From IMG/VR virus record IMGVR_UViG_3300037847_003885, positions 1-64,000 of that record: DNA of 64,000 nucleotides. One strand, 5' to 3'. Below are positions 16,398 through 26,051 of this stretch, one piece after another; position 1 is the stretch's first letter; the number at the start of each line of letters is the position of its first letter. The position numbers were made by a program, and so were the translations under genes. This stretch comes from an uncultured virus (IMG/VR IMGVR_UViG_3300037847_003885) (taxonomy: Duplodnaviria > Heunggongvirae > Uroviricota > Caudoviricetes). Below the pieces are notes generated by a model, which was given only the letters and a program-made list of their open reading frames with translations, was not told the origin of the DNA and searched no databases.

Positions 16398-17354
16398 ATG
16401 GCAGGGTTTGGACAGACAGTAAAGTTACAGCAAGAGATTGAAAAGGTCGTAGATGAGGTTGGGGTACAGAAGCCCAACAAAGACCCGTATGCGGCATTGA
16501 GAGCCGAGCAAGAGTCCATGAGTCATATAATTAAGACTCATAGTTTTGCAGGTATCTTTGGTTTCGATGGTACAGGTAAATCAGCAATTGTATTAGACGC
16601 ATTCAATAAAGATGAGACTAAAGTAGAAGGTTCACTTTTACATGCAGTAGATTTTGATAATGGTGTGGGTATGCTAAACTCCGCTATCTACGACAACCCA
16701 AATGTTGTATCATGGAATCCGTGGAAGATGGGTAGTAAAGATAGAACAGCATACGATTACCCCGGTACACATCAGCGTGTCATGGACATCATGAAGTACA
16801 TCATTAGCGAAAAAGAAAAAGGCGTTGCAGTATGGGGTGTTCTTGTAAGTGGACTTGATTCGTGGCTTGAGATATGTACTAACAACATGCGTATCATTGA
16901 CTTAGGTTTGGCTAAAGATGGTATTGATGCGGCTGACAATCGTGGTGCAGGTGAAGCAAAGCGTGTAGAGCGACAGTCCGATTGGGCTATCCGTAACACT
17001 CGATTTCACCAACTAACAAAATTAAGTCGTGATTTAGTTAGACTCGGTGTTCGTGTCTATTGGGAAACCCACATGCGTTCAACCAACTTCTCTTACAAAG
17101 ACGATGCGCCTGTTGTATGGCAACCGGAGTGGGAGAAAAAGACTAACAACTACTTGCCTACATTAATTCGTATGGATGCTACTAATGAGTATAACGATGA
17201 GGATGAACTAGTTTCTACTACCTATACTGCTACATATACTAAGTGTAAAACTAATCCATCTCTTGTTAATCAAACTAAGACAGTTATGGTAACTACTACA
17301 GGAGAAGAACCGAAGTGGTACGGTCTACCCGACCTCTACGACGGTACTCTATGA
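16398..17354 (+). CDS. RecA/RadA-superfamily P-loop ATPase (Sak4/AAA_24-like)
   Basis: GIFGFDGTGKS Walker A, VDFD, GLDSW, ETH. Confidence 0.65.
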   Translation: MAGFGQTVKLQQEIEKVVDEVGVQKPNKDPYAALRAEQESMSHIIKTHSFAGIFGFDGTGKSAIVLDAFNKDETKVEGSLLHAVDFDNGVGMLNSAIYDNPNVVSWNPWKMGSKDRTAYDYPGTHQRVMDIMKYIISEKEKGVAVWGVLVSGLDSWLEICTNNMRIIDLGLAKDGIDAADNRGAGEAKRVERQSDWAIRNTRFHQLTKLSRDLVRLGVRVYWETHMRSTNFSYKDDAPVVWQPEWEKKTNNYLPTLIRMDATNEYNDEDELVSTTYTATYTKCKTNPSLVNQTKTVMVTTTGEEPKWYGLPDLYDGTL

Positions 17355-17470
17355 TACTCTTATGAGGTGGGTTTTAGTGAGTAATAAGTGCAAAGGTGTT
17401 TCATTCAAATCACAGGGGAGTTCCTTCGTTTGTTTTCCTTCCCGCACTTTCCCACTAAGTAGGTGATACT
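17355..17470 (+). other. 116-nt intergenic region with long imperfect inverted repeat (candidate structured RNA, terminator or origin)
   Basis: TTAGTG/CACTAA, AAGTGC/GCACTT and AAGG/CCTT nested complementary pairs. Confidence 0.4.
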
Positions 17471-17761
17471 ATGGCACATGTAAAATCAATGAGTGATACT
17501 GCTAAGAAATACATAGACATTATCATGAGTGATGGTGAAGTTCGTAATGCCTTCCAAATACTCGATGAGTTGTATGAAAGTAGAACTCACAGTGCTAATA
17601 GATACATACCAACGAAAGGTGAACTACACGAATACCTAAGTAAGAATTACTCAAGTGAAACTCGTAGAGAAAGACATCCTTTAGCATTACCCGAAATGAG
17701 AAATAAAACTACACCTATCACATATTATTGGAGGGAGTTGGATGACAAAAATAACAGTTAA
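17471..17761 (+). CDS. Small protein, possible winged helix
   Basis: AGGTGA SD; RNAFQILDEL...PTKGELHEYLSKNY...YYW, resembles the 4854 protein. Confidence 0.6.
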   Translation: MAHVKSMSDTAKKYIDIIMSDGEVRNAFQILDELYESRTHSANRYIPTKGELHEYLSKNYSSETRRERHPLALPEMRNKTTPITYYWRELDDKNNS

Positions 17762-18491
17762 AAGAAAAGAGTTTATGTCTTTCCTTACATCATTTGGTAA
17801 AGGAATACCGGACTTGAGAATCAACTGTGCCGGTGGTCGTCTTACTGTAGAGGTAGCATACGCATGGTATTACTTGAGAAAGCAGTTCGTAACCGATGTC
17901 AATGAAGAAGGAGTATTACATATCGCTGATTTAGAGAAAGTACTTTTATTCTTAAAGTCAAGTAACCAAGATGAAATCACATTGAGGCAAACTCAAGAGA
18001 CTAAACCATTGTATCTTGAGGGTGGTGGGAACAAACTACAACTACCAAGTACAGACGAAATAGAGTCAGCATCAAAGACTGTGGTGATTAGAAAACTAAT
18101 CAAGGAATCACAGGAAGGTGGATGGTCAAGTTTTGGTCATGCCTCTCTTAGTACACACGCTTCACTTGCTACTAAAGATTTGATTTCTCTTGCAGGTATG
18201 CGGGGTTTAGTATCAAAGGATACTCAATTCAAACTACGCATACACTGTGGCGAGAATGAGATGGGTATAGTAGCAGGTAAGGCTGTGAGTGGTCGCTTAT
18301 TCACTACGCTTCCTGTATGGGATAGTGATGGCCCTGCGGCTACGGTAGAGTCTTACTTTAGTGAGAAGTTACCTATGTGTCTACAATTCCTTGACGACGA
18401 AGATGCTCGAATGCACATGGGTAAAAGCACCTGTGTAATCTTTGAGCAAGATAATACTTTACTTATGATTGTAGATGAGAGTGATGATTGA
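17742..18491 (+). CDS. Putative DNA sliding clamp (PCNA-like)
   Basis: 249 aa, two-domain beta-alpha-beta pattern, directly upstream of PolB in an operon with RFC. Confidence 0.6.
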   Translation: MTKITVKRKEFMSFLTSFGKGIPDLRINCAGGRLTVEVAYAWYYLRKQFVTDVNEEGVLHIADLEKVLLFLKSSNQDEITLRQTQETKPLYLEGGGNKLQLPSTDEIESASKTVVIRKLIKESQEGGWSSFGHASLSTHASLATKDLISLAGMRGLVSKDTQFKLRIHCGENEMGIVAGKAVSGRLFTTLPVWDSDGPAATVESYFSEKLPMCLQFLDDEDARMHMGKSTCVIFEQDNTLLMIVDESDD

Positions 18492-20887
18492 TGATTATTG
18501 ATTGGTTCACCGATGACCCTTATGACCCTCCCGTTATCTACGAGAGAACTAGAGGTGCAGACGGTGTACTACATGAAAGATACATCATGGATGGTGATGA
18601 TGATTATGTTGTGCCTTATTGTTGGGTAGCAGAAAACGCACCTAATTGGGTGATGAATAGATTGAAAGGTCACCATGCTAAGATTCATCATAATATTAAG
18701 GCTAAAAGTATTGATGGTAAAGATTTGGTGAAGGTAACAGTACAACACCCAAACACACTATGGGAGATAAAAGACAAATGCCCTAAGTGGACTTACGAGG
18801 CTGATGTCAATTACAAAGACCAAATATTACTTACTAATTATCCCGATAAGATACCGGAGTTCAAACCTCGCATTTGGTACTTTGACCTTGAGTGGGATAC
18901 TGAAAATCAAACTACTACAGTCATGGCTGTATCGGATAACTTTAGTGAACACCCTGTTGTATTCGCATGGAGTGAAGAATCAATCCGTGATACCATTACC
19001 AAGACTGAATGGATAGATAGGTATGATGGATATGAACTTAGGACTTATCCTAATGCACACAAGATGCACGAGGCTTTCTTAGATTATCTTGATGAGTGTA
19101 ATCCCGATATGTTAGTAGCACACGCTATTGCTTGGGCTGACTTACCACATCTGTATCATCAGTTGGGTGCGCTAAGAGAAAGACTGTCACCTGTCAATAG
19201 ATTGATTGCACCAAACAAAAAGACCGGTGCATACAGAAGTACAGCACAACCTATCAAGGGTAGACTCATATTCGATACTGCGGCACAGTGGACAGACGGT
19301 AGTGGTTTTGAGGGTATATGGCAGAAGTCCGGTAGAGGACAGGCTCAATCTCGAAAGTTAGATTGGTTTGCTACTGAACTAGGGTTTGGTGGGAAACTAA
19401 CTAATGAGATAGAAGGTATGACAGTACACAATGGTTGGAAAGAATACTATGATGACTTTGTAGATTATTGTCTTGTAGATACCACTCTCTTGCGTGACTG
19501 TGATGAGAAACTAAATTGTATTTCATATCACATAGCCATGCAACAATTAGCCGGAGTATCATTTGATAGTACTCACAAGGTGACACGATACTTTAGAGGA
19601 TTGATGGGTAGGCGTACAGACTTGAAAGCACCATCCTCCTACAAGGAACAAAGACCCGAACTACAGGCCGCATGGGTCATGCCTCCTGTAGCGGGCAGAC
19701 ACGAAGGAGTAGCATTGGTAGACTTTGCATCTCTATATCCTAATATCATACTCTCCGCCAATCTTTGTTATACAACATTGACTGATTCGCCGGGTGAAAA
19801 TATTTTAACTATTAAAGTACCACCAAAGTATGACGATAAAACAGGTAATGCTATACCGGGTACAGGGGGTACTTTCCATTGGAAACAAGATGAGATGGGA
19901 TTGTTACCTTCTGTAGTCAAAGATATGTTAGACCTGCGAAAGAAGTACAAAACTCTCATGCGTGAGGCTGATGATGCTGATACTAAACTAGGATACAACA
20001 TGCTACAAATGGCTGTGAAGGTTGCGGTCAATGCGATATATGGTATGACAGGAAGTAAAGTAGTAGCGGGTCAATGGAGTAGTTACCCAATCGCCCAATG
20101 TATCACATACTTAGGTAGAGAATCAATTACTATGCTGACTGAAAAGAGTGCAGAAAAAGGATTCATACCATTAGCGGGGCATACTGATTCAGCATACATC
20201 AAAGTACCATTCGATAAAGCAGAAGAGATTGCAGGGTATCTTACAGATGTAGCGCAGAACGAAATGAATCTAAAGTATCTTGATGTGGAATTAGAAGCAT
20301 ACTTTGACTATTGGGTTACTGCGGCTACGAAGAATAGAAACTTTGGAATTAAAGTATGGCCTAAAGAAGATGCAGGTCAAATGAAAGTGACAGGCTTTGA
20401 AGTGAAAGCATCTAACGCCACACCTATCTGTAAAACTGTACAAAAGACAGCATTCACTATGATTGCTACAGGTAAGGATGAAGATGATGTATGGAATAAA
20501 GTAAGACCTATAGTAAAATCAGTATACAACGGAGAAGTTTCAATAGAGGATGTGAGTGCATACGGGCGTTTGTCTAAACGCTTAGATGAGTATGATAAGG
20601 TAGTACCTAACCCTGCTAAAGCGGCAAGGTATTCTAATCAGTATCTTGATACCGACTTTGGTAAAGGTGAAGGTATCAAGTGGGTTTTCATCGAAGGTGT
20701 ACCGGAAGGGCAACCGCCATGTAATGTGATAGCGTATGAGGATGAGTCACAACTTGATGGTTATGAGATAGATTGGAACACTGCTGTAGAGAAGTGGATT
20801 ACTAAGAAACTGAAACTTGTCTATGAAACCCTTGATTGGGATTTAAATAGATTAACCGAGAGGCGGATACCTAAGAAATATTGGTGA
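18491..20887 (+). CDS. polB: Family B DNA polymerase
   Basis: Exo I FDLEW, Exo III YCLVD, motif A DFASLYPNII, motif B K.AVNAIYG, motif C GHTDS, KNRNFG; start 18488 or 18491. Confidence 0.95.
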   Translation: MIIDWFTDDPYDPPVIYERTRGADGVLHERYIMDGDDDYVVPYCWVAENAPNWVMNRLKGHHAKIHHNIKAKSIDGKDLVKVTVQHPNTLWEIKDKCPKWTYEADVNYKDQILLTNYPDKIPEFKPRIWYFDLEWDTENQTTTVMAVSDNFSEHPVVFAWSEESIRDTITKTEWIDRYDGYELRTYPNAHKMHEAFLDYLDECNPDMLVAHAIAWADLPHLYHQLGALRERLSPVNRLIAPNKKTGAYRSTAQPIKGRLIFDTAAQWTDGSGFEGIWQKSGRGQAQSRKLDWFATELGFGGKLTNEIEGMTVHNGWKEYYDDFVDYCLVDTTLLRDCDEKLNCISYHIAMQQLAGVSFDSTHKVTRYFRGLMGRRTDLKAPSSYKEQRPELQAAWVMPPVAGRHEGVALVDFASLYPNIILSANLCYTTLTDSPGENILTIKVPPKYDDKTGNAIPGTGGTFHWKQDEMGLLPSVVKDMLDLRKKYKTLMREADDADTKLGYNMLQMAVKVAVNAIYGMTGSKVVAGQWSSYPIAQCITYLGRESITMLTEKSAEKGFIPLAGHTDSAYIKVPFDKAEEIAGYLTDVAQNEMNLKYLDVELEAYFDYWVTAATKNRNFGIKVWPKEDAGQMKVTGFEVKASNATPICKTVQKTAFTMIATGKDEDDVWNKVRPIVKSVYNGEVSIEDVSAYGRLSKRLDEYDKVVPNPAKAARYSNQYLDTDFGKGEGIKWVFIEGVPEGQPPCNVIAYEDESQLDGYEIDWNTAVEKWITKKLKLVYETLDWDLNRLTERRIPKKYW

Positions 20888-20891
20888 TAAA

Positions 20892-21008
20892 ATGAAGTGC
20901 AAAACCCCTATGAGATGTAGACCGGAATTTGAAGGTAAATATAATTGTAAAAGATGTGCAGAAGAAGCAAGGGTTGAGGCTGAATTATTTTTAGATTTAA
21001 TTGATTGA
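20892..21008 (+). CDS. 38-aa Cys-rich mini-protein
   Basis: Not in track; GGTGA SD; MKCKTPMRC...CKRC. Confidence 0.55.
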   Translation: MKCKTPMRCRPEFEGKYNCKRCAEEARVEAELFLDLID

Positions 21009-21017
21009 GGTGATAAG

Positions 21018-21251
21018 ATGAGTAAACATGAAGATGAAGTATGTAAGAAAATACAGGCTAGAGCGAAAGTTGGCAAAGCCAAGTACGGTGTAACTATGGA
21101 AAGAACAGATTTGAATATCGTAGAGTGGCTTACGCATTTACAGGAAGAGTTGATGGATGCATCAGTATATGTTGAGCGTCTTATTCAAGATTACAAAAAA
21201 CACGCTAACAGAAAAGAAATAGTAGATTTACTAAGGGAGTTGAATGAGTGA
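21018..21251 (+). CDS. All-alpha NTP-pyrophosphatase (MazG-like) small protein
   Basis: G..KYG......WL.HLQEELMDA.VY pattern; GAGGTGA SD. Confidence 0.55.
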   Translation: MSKHEDEVCKKIQARAKVGKAKYGVTMERTDLNIVEWLTHLQEELMDASVYVERLIQDYKKHANRKEIVDLLRELNE

Positions 21252-22252
21252 GATATAACCCCAATGGTGATGATAGTCCTCGCCCTAAGATAGAAGATTA
21301 CCTAAAAGAAACAGGTAATGAACTTGAGGCTGAATCCTATAAGCGTAGCACATACGCATGGAATCCTAGTCTACAAGATGGTTCTATTCTAAGGGTAACT
21401 AAGTCAAGCATTGGTACATTCGGTTGGTGTCCACAGCAGTATTACCTTGAGAAGTTCAAAGGATTGCGTGGAGAACAAGTAGACCATCACATTAGAGGAC
21501 TCAATGTTCACGATATGATGGAGTGGTTTTGGGCTAACTTCACTAGAGAACAGGAAGATTCAGTGTTAAATTTAATTCATGAAGGACAGGAAAGGGAAGC
21601 GATGAAATTGTTTTTCAGTGTTGTTCCTACCCCTCCATCACCTTATGAGTTCGGTGAAGATGAGCAAATAGAACAGTGGTTGCGTTGGCAGTTCTTACGA
21701 TTGAAAAGCACTGACGGTAGGTATTGGCGACCTGTTGGTATAGAAGCCAACATTCAGTCTACACGCTTTGTAACAGTAGACGGTGAACAGATACCCATTC
21801 ACATGAACGGATTTATTGATACACTGTTTGCTACAGGAGAAGGCGGCTTCGCTTTGATGGAGTTAAAGACAGGTAAATACAATAAGTATAAAGTTAATTC
21901 AATGAGAAAAGAAATGGCATTTTACAAAATGATGTTAGACCACAGCCCACACGAAGAGTTCCTTCCTATCACACATTGGGGATGGGAGTTTCCGGGCGGT
22001 GGCATCAACGGTGGTGTAGGGCCAACTATATATTACGAAGGTGTTAGAAAAGTTGGTGCAACGGAAAAAGAATTAGTTAAATTAGTAAAAGCCCACATAG
22101 ATATGGAGTTTCCACCTACTCCTTTTATGGGGAGATTGAAAGAGGGTATTCCATTAGAAGAACAGAAACTAAAATGTAATTGGTGTGACTATCAAGAACA
22201 TTGTGAGTTTTGGTCACTAACGGATGAAGTATTAGACAAAATAGAGGTATGA
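21248..22252 (+). CDS. Cas4/RecB-like PD-(D/E)xK exonuclease
   Basis: S.GTF.WCP.QY, G..VH, GFID, ELKTGK, C-terminal CNWC.....C. Confidence 0.85.
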   Translation: MRYNPNGDDSPRPKIEDYLKETGNELEAESYKRSTYAWNPSLQDGSILRVTKSSIGTFGWCPQQYYLEKFKGLRGEQVDHHIRGLNVHDMMEWFWANFTREQEDSVLNLIHEGQEREAMKLFFSVVPTPPSPYEFGEDEQIEQWLRWQFLRLKSTDGRYWRPVGIEANIQSTRFVTVDGEQIPIHMNGFIDTLFATGEGGFALMELKTGKYNKYKVNSMRKEMAFYKMMLDHSPHEEFLPITHWGWEFPGGGINGGVGPTIYYEGVRKVGATEKELVKLVKAHIDMEFPPTPFMGRLKEGIPLEEQKLKCNWCDYQEHCEFWSLTDEVLDKIEV

Positions 22253-22255
22253 AAA

Positions 22256-22552
22256 ATGAATGCAAATATATTATTGATGGAAGCAGTATTGAATGAATAT
22301 GTAGGGGTGCTTAATGTAAGTGTTAAAGTAAACCTATCGAGAGGATTAAGAAGTTCATCTTGGCAAGTGAGGACTATGCGCCAAACTACGCTCGATGAAT
22401 TTGGAATGGATATAGATGAATCTATGGTAGTAAAACACCCAAAGGAAATTATCTTTGACATCCATCCTACTTTACTTAACGCTGAAAATATTGTTGGAAC
22501 ATACAAAGAGTTGAAGGAAGAAGTGGATAAACAAATTTACTCGATGAGGTGA
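22256..22552 (+). CDS. Small protein with PIP-box-like motif
   Basis: RQTTLDEF at about 22379-22402. Confidence 0.65.
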   Translation: MNANILLMEAVLNEYVGVLNVSVKVNLSRGLRSSSWQVRTMRQTTLDEFGMDIDESMVVKHPKEIIFDIHPTLLNAENIVGTYKELKEEVDKQIYSMR

Positions 22553-22565
22553 TTTTATCCCATTC

Positions 22566-23651
22566 GTGCCAATAGACTTCCCGAGGGAAGTACTCGAATT
22601 ACCAAGTAATGGTGCTAGAGGTTGGCGTAGAATAGTTCATGATGCAAATGAGTTAGAAAGATATTGGCGTGGTAAGAACGGTAGTGGTAATGTATACTTT
22701 ACCGCTTATGGTTATACTAAGACTAAAGCACCTAAACATCATAGAGTAGACTACAACACTCCTTTGATACATCACTTTGTGATGGACTTTGATTGTAAAG
22801 ATTTCAAAAGCGGTGGAGAAGATGTCGAGTTTGAGAAACCACATGAAGAAGTAAAACGATTACATAAGATGCTACTAGAAGATAACATCTTACATTATGT
22901 ATGGTTTAGTGGTGGCGGATTCCATGTATGGATACCTATAGATGAAACACTCAATCCGAAGAACGGTAATGAGTTATCGAGAATAAAGCATTCGGGTAGA
23001 GTGCTTGTGAATTCATGGGAAAAGAAGATAGGTACTCTACGATGTAATGACCCTACTGTAGCATTTGATACAAGCGGTATGATACGCATACCTAATTCTT
23101 ACAATGCAAGGAGAGAGTGTTGGTCTATACCGTTAGACAGCAACGATATTTTGAGTGGTGACTTTGATTATTACATGGATATAGCACAGGAAAGTCAATC
23201 GGGTTACAAACCGCTAGGAGAAAATAAATTACAATTTAAAGTAATACAAAGTAAACTAATGACGATGCGTGACATCAAACCTATTGAGATACCAACTGTG
23301 TATTTAGATGATATAGTTATACTTCCGTGTTTGTCACAAGCGGCATTGGGTGGGGGCAATCCTACCCATCGTGCAAGATTCCATTTGGTTTCTTACTTAG
23401 CAGATAGATTTCGTATGTTCTTCCCTGCTTGGAAAATATCTAATGAAGAAAAAGAAAAGCATGTAAAAATTATATCTAAATTTTGTGCAGGGCAAAATTG
23501 GGTTGATTACAAGAGCGAGGTTACAGAACACCAAGTTGCTAGTATAGTTATGGCAGGTTACCCTCACGCTACATGTACTACTTTGTATGATGAAGGATTC
23601 TGTATTGGGAAATGTAAATTTTATGATGGAAGTGGAGATTGGAATGAGTAA
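22566..23651 (+). CDS. Archaeo-eukaryotic primase, PriS fused to PriL C-terminal domain
   Basis: MDFD, SGGGFH, RIPNS; C-terminal LPC...H.ARF.L...DY...T..Q....C..L....C...C. Confidence 0.88.
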   Translation: MPIDFPREVLELPSNGARGWRRIVHDANELERYWRGKNGSGNVYFTAYGYTKTKAPKHHRVDYNTPLIHHFVMDFDCKDFKSGGEDVEFEKPHEEVKRLHKMLLEDNILHYVWFSGGGFHVWIPIDETLNPKNGNELSRIKHSGRVLVNSWEKKIGTLRCNDPTVAFDTSGMIRIPNSYNARRECWSIPLDSNDILSGDFDYYMDIAQESQSGYKPLGENKLQFKVIQSKLMTMRDIKPIEIPTVYLDDIVILPCLSQAALGGGNPTHRARFHLVSYLADRFRMFFPAWKISNEEKEKHVKIISKFCAGQNWVDYKSEVTEHQVASIVMAGYPHATCTTLYDEGFCIGKCKFYDGSGDWNE

Positions 23652-23919
23652 TATATTTGATAAGTATTTTGAAAAACAACACACAATTCACGCATCTAAG
23701 TGTGTAAATTGTGGTAAAGGAATGAAAGCAGTTAATAAAAAAAGAAGAGGTAAAGCACTTAACTTATGTTTCACATGTGTAAATGATAAGGATAATTTAC
23801 CGGACAAATTCTTTTGTAAAGGTATATCTAAAGGTACAGGTAAACGCTGTAGAAAATTAACTTTAGATGATTATTGCGCTCAACATAAAAAACAAGGTGA
23901 AAGTAATGGTAAAGATTGA
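23644..23919 (+). CDS. Small zinc-finger protein
   Basis: CVNC...CFTC...C.G....GKRC......YC.QH; start 23644 (track 23587). Confidence 0.7.
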   Translation: MSNIFDKYFEKQHTIHASKCVNCGKGMKAVNKKRRGKALNLCFTCVNDKDNLPDKFFCKGISKGTGKRCRKLTLDDYCAQHKKQGESNGKD

Positions 23920-24613
23920 TTTAATTATTGATAGTAACGAAAGAGGTATTCTTTGTGAGGCTGTCGAAAGAAGGGCTAAAAGCGCAGGTATGACTGTGAT
24001 TAGACAGTCATTGGTAGTAGGTGATTACAAACTAGGTGGCGCATTAGTAGAAGCCAAGAGTGTAACAGACTTCTACCAATCTATGTTTAATGGACATCTA
24101 CAAAGACAATTAGATAATATGGATGCTAATTATGAAAGATTCTTTCTTGTAGTGCATGGGGATATAAGTAAACATGCTAGATTCATAAGAGAACAATTCA
24201 ATGCTAACATACCCATATCCAAACTACAAGAAACATTTACAGGTTTTATGGCAAGAATAATGGCCGACTTTGATTGCCAAGTATTCTATACTAATACTAC
24301 AAGCGAAGCGGCACAATTCATAGTCAAGTTACATGATAAGTTGCATAAACCCGCTAGTAAGCATGGGGCGCAAACGATTCGTAGAGTAGGTAGTAACGAT
24401 TTACGCTTAGATATTATCATGACTATACCGGGTATAGGTCGTGAAATGGCAGAAAGGATACTTGAGAAGTGCGGCAGTATAGAAGAGATGTGCTTCCCCG
24501 AATCGTTAAAACAAATTAAAGGGCTTGGCGAAGTGAGAAGAAATTTAATTATTAAAGTATTAACAAGTGAAGAACCGGTAAGACAAGAAAGAAAAGTGAG
24601 GCGAAGTAAATGA
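23906..24613 (+). CDS. ERCC4/XPF (Hef-like) structure-specific nuclease with HhH
   Basis: IDSNE, GDY, VEAKS.DF..S...G.L..Q, IPGIG, IKGLG; AGGTGA SD before ATG 23906. Confidence 0.88.
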   Translation: MVKIDLIIDSNERGILCEAVERRAKSAGMTVIRQSLVVGDYKLGGALVEAKSVTDFYQSMFNGHLQRQLDNMDANYERFFLVVHGDISKHARFIREQFNANIPISKLQETFTGFMARIMADFDCQVFYTNTTSEAAQFIVKLHDKLHKPASKHGAQTIRRVGSNDLRLDIIMTIPGIGREMAERILEKCGSIEEMCFPESLKQIKGLGEVRRNLIIKVLTSEEPVRQERKVRRSK

Positions 24614-24635
24614 TATATAAACCAATTAAGAAATG
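24608..24635 (+). promoter_or_regulatory. Repeated promoter element, copy 6 (upstream of helicase)
   Basis: AAATGATATATAAACCAATTAAGAAATG. Confidence 0.8.
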
Positions 24636-24647
24636 TAGGGTGTTAGT

Positions 24648-26051
24648 ATGAATTATAAAAATTATCAAGCGGTCAAGAAATTTGACACATTAGAAGCATA
24701 TCTACATCACTTTTCTCAAACTTCAATGAAGAATGAGATACCGGGTTTACTATCATTCTTTTTCATACAAGGACAAGCACTACTTCCTTATGTAAGAATA
24801 CCTACAGGAGATACGCACCTTGACCCTAGAGTGCATGTATTTTGGATTCAACCTTCAAGAACAGGTAAATCGGTAGCATGGAACTTTATTGGGGATGTAA
24901 TGAAGGAGGCTGAACTAGATTATGAATTATATTCCACAGGTACAGACGCAGGGTTGATAGGTTCTAACAAACCTGTGCTTGATGAGAACAACAAACCTAC
25001 CGGAGAAACTGAAAAAATTGACGGTCTACTATCGGGTAAGAAGGGACTGAATGTAGATGAAGGTTCTATTATTCTAAATCCCGGTAAACATTCTCAAGAA
25101 ACTGTACTCTACTTACAAACTGCTTGTAACGCTGTAGGTAGCGGTGGTAACATATTGACTAAACCAATGAAGGGTGATATAATTAAATGTGAATCTTTAG
25201 TTTCATTGTGGATTACTACTTACCCCCCAAAGGGTGTAAAGGAATATGTACTCACCAAAGGTATTTTTCAGCGTGTATTACTTTATTGGTCGCATTGGGA
25301 TATGGATATGCGACAAGAAGTAAGTAATACGAGACTTGGAACTTTTTGGAAGAAACCAATTGAAACAGATTTAACTAAGGATGACATATATGATTATTTT
25401 AAAGACACTGAAAAGAGAGTAAGAGATAGATTACTCAACTTTGCAGAATTAACATTTACACAATGGACAGAAATGAATCGTGAAGAACAAGAAGAGATAG
25501 CACAACAATACATGTGGGATATGTTCAGTGCAGATGATGACTATGAAACTGCGTTGTATCAAGCAAGTGATGAAGTGTTTGATTTATTGAGGAACATGTC
25601 AGCAAGTATGTCCGAAATCGTAGCATCTTTTACACCTGCTATTGAAAACTATTTGGCAATCATATCACTTCACATGGCTGTATTAGATAAGAAGTGGACT
25701 ATTACAGCACAACATGTAGACATGGCTTTTGATGTACTTTTAGACTTATTTAAAAATTTAATATCTTGGTTAGAAGATTCGGTAGAGATTAACTCTAACA
25801 AGTCTAAAGAGAATAAAATTCAAGAAGATTTCTTGAAAGTATATGATGATTGTACGGGCTATGAAATAGAAGGACAAGGTGATGGATGGAGAAGGCAATC
25901 TTCATTCGAGGCTCAATACATGAACATGACCGGAGTATCGAAAAGCACTGTAAGAAGGCACATTAAAGATTACGCTAATGGGTTGTTTAACATCAAGAAG
26001 AGTGGTGGGAGAGTTTATTTCCGTAGAAAGGGTGCGAAGAATTATGAGTGA
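24648..26051 (+). CDS. Divergent MCM-like AAA+ ATPase, putative replicative helicase
   Basis: HVFWIQPSRTGKS Walker A, T.AGLIG, VDEG Walker B, FQR arginine finger, C-terminal wHTH-like segment. Confidence 0.7.
   Translation: MNYKNYQAVKKFDTLEAYLHHFSQTSMKNEIPGLLSFFFIQGQALLPYVRIPTGDTHLDPRVHVFWIQPSRTGKSVAWNFIGDVMKEAELDYELYSTGTDAGLIGSNKPVLDENNKPTGETEKIDGLLSGKKGLNVDEGSIILNPGKHSQETVLYLQTACNAVGSGGNILTKPMKGDIIKCESLVSLWITTYPPKGVKEYVLTKGIFQRVLLYWSHWDMDMRQEVSNTRLGTFWKKPIETDLTKDDIYDYFKDTEKRVRDRLLNFAELTFTQWTEMNREEQEEIAQQYMWDMFSADDDYETALYQASDEVFDLLRNMSASMSEIVASFTPAIENYLAIISLHMAVLDKKWTITAQHVDMAFDVLLDLFKNLISWLEDSVEINSNKSKENKIQEDFLKVYDDCTGYEIEGQGDGWRRQSSFEAQYMNMTGVSKSTVRRHIKDYANGLFNIKKSGGRVYFRRKGAKNYE

Noticed and set aside
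17355..17470. tRNA gene in the intergenic gap
   Set aside because: No recognisable T-loop (GTTCRA) or cloverleaf; kept only as a generic structured-region candidate. No tRNA or rRNA was recognised elsewhere.
21248..22252. Cas4-like gene as evidence of a CRISPR-Cas system
   Set aside because: No cas1/cas2 or array; stand-alone Cas4-like nucleases are common in viral replication modules.
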